From Proteus phage PmP19, in sequence record MT680615.1: DNA of 40,000 nucleotides; one strand, 5' to 3'. This document shows positions 34,253 through 40,000 of this stretch, one piece after another. Numbering within the stretch: the stretch's first letter is position 1; every line of letters starts with the position of its first letter. Both the position numbers and the translations under genes were made by a program. The notes beneath the pieces were generated by a model, which was not told the origin of the DNA, made no database searches, and saw only the letters and a program-made list of their open reading frames with translations.

Positions 34253-34267
34253 TAATAAGTTCCCTAA

Positions 34268-34414
34268 TTAAGACAGGCGAATGCCAGTACGTAGCCATTC
34301 GAAGAAGGCGGAACACTCTGCCTCAGTACCTGTGTAGATGACAAGGTTGGTCCATTCATCCTTAACGTAGTAACCCGCCGCATCTTTGCCTACACGGAAT
34401 CGATTATCAAACAT
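34268..34414 (-). CDS. Hypothetical protein, 48 aa
   Basis: MFDNRFRVGKDAAGYYVKDEWTNLVIYTGTEAECSAFFEWLRTGIRLS with GGGAGG upstream; shorter than the track ORF. Confidence 0.6.
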   Translation of the reverse strand: MFDNRFRVGKDAAGYYVKDEWTNLVIYTGTEAECSAFFEWLRTGIRLS

Positions 34415-34415
34415 A

Positions 34416-34592
34416 TCAGACCTCCCAAGACTCGATGATGGTTGCATCTGCACCCTTGCGGAATGCTCCCTTGATGCCACCGCCACGCTTAGGCTTGTGC
34501 ATCTTATCCCGGCGACCTCTGGCCTCATAATTGCGACCAAAGTCATCTTCCAGCATCTGCCCTTTCTTGATATTAAACTTACCTTTATTCAT
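34416..34592 (-). CDS. Hypothetical basic protein, 58 aa
   Basis: MNKGKFNIKKGQMLEDDFGRNYEARGRRDKMHKPKRGGGIKGAFRKG... Confidence 0.55.
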   Translation of the reverse strand: MNKGKFNIKKGQMLEDDFGRNYEARGRRDKMHKPKRGGGIKGAFRKGADATIIESWEV

Positions 34593-34624
34593 GGTGTACA
34601 CCTTGTGATTGAATTGTTAGTCCT

Positions 34625-34645
34625 GTTCTATACTAGCCACTATTA
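34625..34645 (-). promoter_or_regulatory. Phage promoter-like motif (one substitution)
   Basis: TAATAGTGGCTAGTATAGAAC. Confidence 0.75.
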
Positions 34646-34649
34646 ACCT

Positions 34650-34673
34650 CTCTTCTCAGGAGAGAAGAAGAGG
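34650..34673 (-). other. Hairpin between two tandem promoters (possible RNase III site or attenuator)
   Basis: Minus strand CTCTTCTTCTC-TCCT-GAGAAGAGAG with a one-nt bulge. Confidence 0.55.
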
Positions 34674-34684
34674 AGAAGAGGAAT

Positions 34685-34735
34685 AGGTATACCTGGTTAC
34701 CTAGGGCATACCTGGAATACCTAGGTATACCTATA
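34685..34735 (-). repeat. Array A of degenerate ~10-bp repeats
   Basis: + strand AGGTATACCT / GGTTACCTA / GGGCATACCT / GGAATACCT / AGGTATACCT; outer units form a 12-bp inverted repeat (ATAGGTATACCT/AGGTATACCTAT). Confidence 0.75.
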
Positions 34736-34756
34736 ATCTCCTTCTCCGAAGGGTTT

Positions 34757-34777
34757 GTTCTATACTCGCCACAATTA
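34757..34777 (-). promoter_or_regulatory. Phage promoter-like motif (TAATTG variant)
   Basis: TAATTGTGGCGAGTATAGAAC. Confidence 0.8.
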
Positions 34778-34781
34778 ATTT

Positions 34782-34799
34782 TGTCCAACGTGTTAGACA
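34782..34799. repeat. Dyad repeat copy 5 (one mismatch): TGTCCAACGTGTTAGACA
   Basis: Intergenic, just downstream of the RNA polymerase gene. Confidence 0.78.
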
Positions 34800-34840
34800 A
34801 GCCCAGAACGAGAAAAGGCGACCCGAAGGCCGCCCGTGGT

Positions 34841-37474
34841 TTACGCGAATACGTATTCTGAATCCATGATTTCGTTGAGGTCAAAATCCCCGAGTTCCGG
34901 CACCGTAATGCCCAGGTCACACAGCCAGCGCTCCTCGTGCACCGCCACCAGGTCGGCCAGGGCGTGTCGGTCCTGATACATCGCAATCATCTGCCCTTTC
35001 AGGGAGTCCCGGAGGTCCGCCGTGCGGGGTGCGTGAGTCCCGAAGGAGTCGTGAATGACCGCGATTGAGGTCACCCCTTTATCCACAAGGTCGCACACTG
35101 TCATGATAAGGTGTGATGCATCATGCCCGTGAACGAAGTTCGGAGCCGCCGCCCCCATCATTGCAGCCTCATCCACTATGTCAGTCTCAACCGACAGGTA
35201 CATGTTAATCATGCCCAGCAATTGAGTGCGCACACGCAGCAGGTCGGTAGACATAATTTTCTGATACAAGATAAAGCCAGTCGGCAGCGGGTATTCCAGG
35301 GCCTCATTCCGGCGTGCTGCTGCCCTTGCAAGGCTGCGTATCATCTTCATAGCCACCACTGGAGCCTTCACAACCTCAGAGATTGAGGGCCAAATCAGGG
35401 CGGTCATGTAGTTAAGGGCTTGCCCCTCAGTGATATAGGAATCACCACCGAAAGGGTGCACCGGGTTGATGCCGCGCTGCTCTTGCGCTGCCGCTTTTGC
35501 TTCCTTCTCCTCCAGGTCGGCCAGGTAGTCAGCCACTGCTTCACGGCAGGTGATACGGGTAGAACCATACGGCAGGGTCATAACAGGCTTCTTGGTCAGT
35601 GACCGGGTGATGCCGATACTCAACCAAGAGCGCCCCATCTCCCGCAACTGCTCTGCGTCCAGCTCAACACTGCCCGATTTGAAGATGGTTCCATCCGGTG
35701 CTGATATGGCTGCATTGTTCTTTTCAATGACAACCTCAGCCACACGGCCATAGATATCTTGCGGTGAGTCTGACGGCTTAAGGTTTACAGCAGCAGCCCC
35801 AACAGAATCCCGGAGCATTGCAGAGTAGTGCTGGATACCGGAGCAAGAGCCGTCCTGGTGCACAGGAAGGTGGGTATAGAACTCGTCGCTGCAACCCTCT
35901 TCCACCTTATCCAGGTACTCAGCATACTCAAAAGCCCACGCCAGGAACTCATACGGCTCATCCGCTTTCACCCACTGCGTAAAGGTCAGCGGGTCGCTTG
36001 CGATGTCTCTGCACATCTCCTGGAACTCTTCGGTCATTGCATTTGATACCCGGACATCAAAAGTTTTCTTGTCCCAGCCCCAAAGGTTGGCACCACACAC
36101 CAGGAACCAGCGCAAATCCTCAACCGTGAGCAGCTGGCGGCCCTCTTTGAACTTAAGCAGGGATTTGCCTAGGTCATTGCTCTGAGGGCTTAGCGTGCTG
36201 CTCTGGGCGTATACACGCGAACGGCTATCCAGGGTATAAACGAAATAAATATGCGGGAATTGTGCATATTTACGGGCCTGGCCCAGCATGCGAGCCACGG
36301 CAGCAGACTTAGATCCGCGCTTGGTCTCAGCAGTATACAGCCGTGCACATTCTGACTTCCAGGAGAGGAAGGATTCCCACTGTTCCGGGGTCAGTGCAGC
36401 CTTGAGTTCCGCCCCGCGAAGGTCCTGGAATTCAACAGGTACAGGGTTCCCCGGCTTATTGTCCCGGTCGATGATAGGCTGAAAAGAGGGTACACCATAG
36501 CCCAGGTTGAGCCTTACAACCTCTTGGGCGACATCAAGTACCTTGGTATTGATAACCCATTCAACGCGCTGCAATGCATTAACGGCCTTGTAGACCATAG
36601 GCATCTGCTTAATAGTCAGCTTGCGAACATGCTCACGTGGTCCTTTAACCATACGAATACGACTAGCCACCTTCTCAGTGTGGAATCCACCGTTAAAAGG
36701 GGTTTTCCAGTCACGCGGAGGGACTACGCAAGGGCCATAAGCTGGGGCCAGCTGGGCTACATGTTCACGAAATTCATGCACCCATGCACCGATAGACTCA
36801 GATGTTTGCAGCTTAGTTATCTGCTTCTTGCCGCCAGCGCTGGCAACATAACGAAAGAACACAGGCTCACCTTTGTAAAACACCGAGCCTTCCATAGCAG
36901 CCATCAAAGTCTGCCCCACCTGGAGGTGGATTTCTTTCGTCCAGGACTCCCAGCGGGTGACCTTATCGTCATCTTGTGGAGTTGCCTTGTCAGCCAGTGA
37001 CTTTTCAGCCGCTACCATTACGCGATGCTTATGCTTGTACAGCTTAGAGCGGGAGCGCTCCAGGTTCTTTTTGACCTTCTCCATGTACTTTTCAGCCTGA
37101 GAATCGAGCTTAGTGAATCGGACTTGATCCTCTATGCGTTCACCAATGGTGATAGCAATATGCTGATACGACGAGTCACTGTGAAGCATATCCATAACAA
37201 CCTTCATAGTGATGTAGGCGGCTACTTCATTCTCACAGCACTGGAGGAAAGGGAGGGACACTGCGCGGACACCTGGCTTACTCTCTGACTCCTCCTTGAA
37301 TGCCTGAATACCAGCAGCCAGCGGTTCAATGAATTGAGAGATAAGGCGGCGATTCCATGCGGCATCGCTGGCATTACCTGCGTCAAGGTGGCGCTGCTGC
37401 GCCGACTCAAAGCGAGTAATACCACCGTTAAACATCTCTTCTTCTAACTCAACTTGAATTGCCTGTAAGTCCAT
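34841..37474 (-). CDS. Single-subunit DNA-dependent RNA polymerase (T7/SP6-like), 877 aa
   Basis: [54 protein letters not shown] catalytic motifs. Confidence 0.95.
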   Translation of the reverse strand: MDLQAIQVELEEEMFNGGITRFESAQQRHLDAGNASDAAWNRRLISQFIEPLAAGIQAFKEESESKPGVRAVSLPFLQCCENEVAAYITMKVVMDMLHSDSSYQHIAITIGERIEDQVRFTKLDSQAEKYMEKVKKNLERSRSKLYKHKHRVMVAAEKSLADKATPQDDDKVTRWESWTKEIHLQVGQTLMAAMEGSVFYKGEPVFFRYVASAGGKKQITKLQTSESIGAWVHEFREHVAQLAPAYGPCVVPPRDWKTPFNGGFHTEKVASRIRMVKGPREHVRKLTIKQMPMVYKAVNALQRVEWVINTKVLDVAQEVVRLNLGYGVPSFQPIIDRDNKPGNPVPVEFQDLRGAELKAALTPEQWESFLSWKSECARLYTAETKRGSKSAAVARMLGQARKYAQFPHIYFVYTLDSRSRVYAQSSTLSPQSNDLGKSLLKFKEGRQLLTVEDLRWFLVCGANLWGWDKKTFDVRVSNAMTEEFQEMCRDIASDPLTFTQWVKADEPYEFLAWAFEYAEYLDKVEEGCSDEFYTHLPVHQDGSCSGIQHYSAMLRDSVGAAAVNLKPSDSPQDIYGRVAEVVIEKNNAAISAPDGTIFKSGSVELDAEQLREMGRSWLSIGITRSLTKKPVMTLPYGSTRITCREAVADYLADLEEKEAKAAAQEQRGINPVHPFGGDSYITEGQALNYMTALIWPSISEVVKAPVVAMKMIRSLARAAARRNEALEYPLPTGFILYQKIMSTDLLRVRTQLLGMINMYLSVETDIVDEAAMMGAAAPNFVHGHDASHLIMTVCDLVDKGVTSIAVIHDSFGTHAPRTADLRDSLKGQMIAMYQDRHALADLVAVHEERWLCDLGITVPELGDFDLNEIMDSEYVFA

Positions 37475-37546
37475 CTTACACCTCGTTGTGATACAGAAAA
37501 CATAATAGGAGCCACAAGGTTAATCCCTATGGCTCCGATATGTCAA

Positions 37547-38449
37547 CTATTTGCCAAGTGCTTCTACTGCTTCTTGAATCAGGGGCCAGGCGTCGTGGCC
37601 TTCACCGTAGCCCAGCTTAACCAGCTCACGCTTGGCCTTGTTCACTGCTGAAAGGCTCATAGACTGCTCGACACTCAGACCTAAGCGGGCATACATGCAC
37701 TTAGACTTGAACTGTGGGAGCATCGGGGCGCTTGCCTTCTTGGTTTCGCGCGTCGCGGTAAGCTCCAGGATGCGGGCGCTCAGGGCTGCGTTGTCTTCTC
37801 TCAGCTTCTTCAACTCTGATAGTAAGCCCTCTTGGATGGCATCCGGTACAGCTGGCGCTACTGTGGGCGCTGGGGCTGGCGCTGCGCTCTCTTCTGTCTC
37901 AAACGGGGCAGCACTAGCGCTTTCCGCCTGAGTGGCTGAGGTTGGCGCAGGCTGCGTTATTTCGCGGGCCTGGCTATCAGCGCCCTGGGTCGCCTGCTGT
38001 GCTGCCAGCGCTTGCTTGACAGCGGCCAGGGCAGGAGATACCGCGCCTTTGGCGGGCTTGCCCAGCAACTGGTTAGCCGCTGCCGTGTCCAGCTCACCCA
38101 CAGCAGCCATATCAGCCGCTTTATCCATCAGCTCGCCATCATATGCAAACGGCACCAGCATCAACAGGACGCGCATAGCGACACCGGAGAACTCCTTACG
38201 AGTAGCGAATACGCGGGAGATGTTCATCAGGTTGTAACACTGAGCCTTCTTGATGCCGAAGGTATCGTCAGCCCACTCCAGGAAGTCGCGCTGATTATCA
38301 AAATCTTCCTTACCCTCAGCCAGTAGTGCACCGATTTTAAGGTAGTTGCTGCCGATGTCATTCAGCAGTGTGATGATTTCAGCAGCAACTTGGTCACGAA
38401 CCGGGGTAGTGTCCAGGATTTCAACGTTTTCGATGGTTGCAGTAGTCAT
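37547..38449 (-). CDS. Putative DNA-binding early protein (DUF3102-like N-terminus), 300 aa
   Basis: IGSNYLKIGALLAEGKEDFDNQRDFLEWADDTFGIKKAQCYNLMNIS; Ala/Pro linker; conserved C-terminus. Confidence 0.6.
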   Translation of the reverse strand: MTTATIENVEILDTTPVRDQVAAEIITLLNDIGSNYLKIGALLAEGKEDFDNQRDFLEWADDTFGIKKAQCYNLMNISRVFATRKEFSGVAMRVLLMLVPFAYDGELMDKAADMAAVGELDTAAANQLLGKPAKGAVSPALAAVKQALAAQQATQGADSQAREITQPAPTSATQAESASAAPFETEESAAPAPAPTVAPAVPDAIQEGLLSELKKLREDNAALSARILELTATRETKKASAPMLPQFKSKCMYARLGLSVEQSMSLSAVNKAKRELVKLGYGEGHDAWPLIQEAVEALGK

Positions 38450-38485
38450 GATATAGCCTCATTCAGTTATGTTAGGGAACTTCAC

Positions 38486-38507
38486 TATGCATCCCGAGAG
38501 ATGCATA
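38486..38507 (-). other. 5' leader hairpin, perfect 8-bp stem
   Basis: TATGCATC...GATGCATA, downstream of promoter 38520..38540. Confidence 0.65.
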
Positions 38508-38519
38508 AGGCTGTCCTCT

Positions 38520-38540
38520 ATCTTATACTCGCCACAATTA
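38520..38540 (-). promoter_or_regulatory. Phage promoter-like motif (variant)
   Basis: TAATTGTGGCGAGTATAAGAT. Confidence 0.65.
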
Positions 38541-38647
38541 CATAATCAGACGGTATGAGGTCCCGAGTACCTCTTCTCGCATGTTAGCGAAAGCAAGAGA
38601 GCATTTAAGGCATACGCCATCAGAGAATAAGAAGTTATAGAGTTTCA

Positions 38648-39070
38648 TCACATATCCTTCTTGCGTTTAACATCAACCGCTGTACTGTCGCAGGTGATGC
38701 CAATCTTACCGAGGTAAGTAGTCAGATATGGCGAAGTAGCAAAGGCAATCTTACAGCTGCATGACGCGCTACCATATGCCTCATCTCCCTCTAGGCCCGA
38801 GCCAACAGCCAGGGCATTGAACCACATATGCTGCGCGGTGACATTATACTGCTGCTCATACCCATATTGCGGTACAAGGGTTGAGGTTAGGCTAGTGTAG
38901 GTTGATTCACCAGGGAACAGCACATCAATATACACATGATGATAAGTGTTACCGTAGGAATCCGTCCAGCGACGAGCCAAGATTGAAACTTCACCTTCGA
39001 ACTTGGAAGCCGTAGACATCTCGAAGAGTTTACGAGCTGCTTCTTTGTTTACCAGGTATTGAGTTTTCAT
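38648..39070 (-). CDS. Hypothetical early protein, 140 aa
   Basis: ATG ORF, minus-strand operon. Confidence 0.6.
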   Translation of the reverse strand: MKTQYLVNKEAARKLFEMSTASKFEGEVSILARRWTDSYGNTYHHVYIDVLFPGESTYTSLTSTLVPQYGYEQQYNVTAQHMWFNALAVGSGLEGDEAYGSASCSCKIAFATSPYLTTYLGKIGITCDSTAVDVKRKKDM

Positions 39071-39123
39071 AGTATATCTCCATTTGGTTTATCTTGATAG
39101 GCCAGCTTACGCCAGCCTTATCA

Positions 39124-39360
39124 CTACCTCAGCGTGCATGCGTCGTCTACATAGTAACGCTCACCGTTATACACAACATACTCCAGCCAACCAGCAGCTT
39201 TCTTTATGATGCGACTAACTGCTTTTCCATTGTTATGGAATAGGCAATGACGTCCTGTGATATAGACCGCATGCTCATAGTCTCCATTCTTACCAGCAAC
39301 CATAGACAGAGGATAGTAAGTGATGGTGTTCATTTGCATAGTCATGATAAGTGCCTTCAT
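39124..39360 (-). CDS. Hypothetical early protein, 78 aa
   Basis: ATG ORF, minus-strand operon. Confidence 0.5.
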   Translation of the reverse strand: MKALIMTMQMNTITYYPLSMVAGKNGDYEHAVYITGRHCLFHNNGKAVSRIIKKAAGWLEYVVYNGERYYVDDACTLR

Positions 39361-39423
39361 TGTTAAGGGAGCCTATCAAGATAAACCAGATTGTTAAAGA
39401 GCGTTACTTCGTGCTGCGTATGT

Positions 39424-39453
39424 AATGTACCTATGTATGCCGCTTGTTGTCAA
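39424..39453 (-). promoter_or_regulatory. Candidate host sigma70 promoter
   Basis: Minus strand TTGACA - 18 nt - TACATT; the -35 is perfect, the -10 matches 4/6. Confidence 0.35.
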
Positions 39454-39456
39454 CAG

Positions 39457-39633
39457 TTATTTAAGTGGTTTGTAGGTTATCTTTATTTCATTCCATAAAG
39501 ATTTAAGTTTGCGCGCTGGTATGCGGCTCATGCCCTTATCCGGACACCTACGAATACGCCGCTTGAACCACCAGTAACTCACACCCCAAACTTTCAGCAT
39601 GCGTACATTCTTTAATACTCTTTGCTTCTTCAC
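39457..39633 (-). CDS. Small basic hypothetical protein, 58 aa, GTG start (not in supplied ORF track)
   Basis: Hand translation (V/M)KKQRVLKNVRMLKVWGVSYWWFKRRIRRCPDKGMSRIPARKLKSLWNEIKITYKPLK; AAGGAGG RBS; start overlaps the previous stop (GTGA). Confidence 0.6.
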   Translation of the reverse strand: MKKQRVLKNVRMLKVWGVSYWWFKRRIRRCPDKGMSRIPARKLKSLWNEIKITYKPLK

Positions 39634-39845
39634 AGGAAACCTCCTTGCTTATGGCAAACATAGCAATCATGGATGAATGACCAAGGTAGCTTATGCTTCC
39701 CATAGAGCACCTTACGCTTACGTGCTGGCATACGTGATGCCCGCTTGTTCTCTTTGATGCAGTTTGCATACACCCGTATCTCCAGGTCTGCAAAGTCTAT
39801 CGCCAGTGCTTCAACTATGCCTACACAGGCTTTCCAATCTTTCAT
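39630..39845 (-). CDS. Hypothetical early protein, 71 aa
   Basis: ATG ORF; coupled to neighbours on both sides. Confidence 0.55.
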   Translation of the reverse strand: MKDWKACVGIVEALAIDFADLEIRVYANCIKENKRASRMPARKRKVLYGKHKLPWSFIHDCYVCHKQGGFL

Positions 39846-40000
39846 TGTGCACCCTCCACCAATTCAGTAACCAGCTTGGTAGCCCCATCACTCAAGGCTG
39901 CACACTCATTACCCATCACTGACGTGAACAGGTAGCTTATGCGTACTGTATGGATGTCGCCCCAGCTATCTACATAGTGGACCTTATCACCTTCTTTCAT
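39842..40000 (-). CDS. Small hypothetical protein, 52 aa, possibly 5'-truncated at the window edge
   Basis: Hand translation MKEGDKVHYVDSWGDIHTVRISYLFTSVMGNECAALSDGATKLVTELVEGAQ; stop overlaps the next start (ATGA). Confidence 0.5.
   Translation of the reverse strand: MKEGDKVHYVDSWGDIHTVRISYLFTSVMGNECAALSDGATKLVTELVEGAQ

Noticed and set aside
38550-38590. Hairpin GAGGT...ACCTC upstream of promoter 38520..38540 as a terminator
   Set aside because: Only a 5-bp stem and no U tract; too weak to call.
1-40000. CRISPR array
   Set aside because: No regularly spaced identical repeats with unique spacers. The 10-bp arrays at 1577 and 34685 are adjacent degenerate units without spacers.
1-40000. Integrase/lysogeny module, transposon or retron/DGR
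   Set aside because: No recombinase, repressor, reverse transcriptase or IS-type inverted repeats recognised; architecture is that of a lytic podovirus.
1-40000. tRNA genes
   Set aside because: Intergenic gaps are short and occupied by promoters and simple hairpins; I saw no cloverleaf with T-loop consensus. tRNAscan-SE would be decisive.

Overview
The window is almost entirely one contiguous minus-strand gene block from a T7/SP6-type podovirus (Autographiviridae-like; the gene order looks most like SP6-like phages, which is inference). Reading from high to low coordinate: small early genes (right edge), single-subunit RNA polymerase, TOPRIM primase/helicase, family A DNA polymerase, nucleotidyltransferase-like protein, SSB-like protein, 5'-3' exonuclease, endonuclease VII, phosphoesterase, MazZ/DUF5664-like protein, ATP-dependent DNA ligase, GNAT, portal, scaffold, capsid, tail tubes, internal virion proteins (one with a C-terminal lysozyme), short T7-type tail fibre/adaptor, holin, terminases, three tandem paralogous small proteins (one with an Ig-like domain) and an M15 peptidase. 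I found no credible plus-strand gene, CRISPR array, tRNA or transposon. The most interesting content is non-coding: (1) eleven copies of a T7-like promoter motif (minus strand TAATAGTGGCGAGTATAGAA), five of which share bases with the upstream gene's stop codon; (2) hairpins just downstream of several promoters, two of which share an extended leader; (3) two similar arrays of about 10-bp degenerate repeats behind promoters at 1.6 kb and 34.7 kb; (4) five copies of an 18-20 bp dyad, TTGTCCAAC(GT/AC)GTTGGACAA, one of them inside the helicase gene; (5) two strong intrinsic terminators. Protein-level points of interest are the paralogous SGKQxGA family, the Pol-beta-type nucleotidyltransferase-like protein, and three proteins ending in acidic tails with a terminal aromatic residue. 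No database search was run. Family names come from recognised motifs and gene order.
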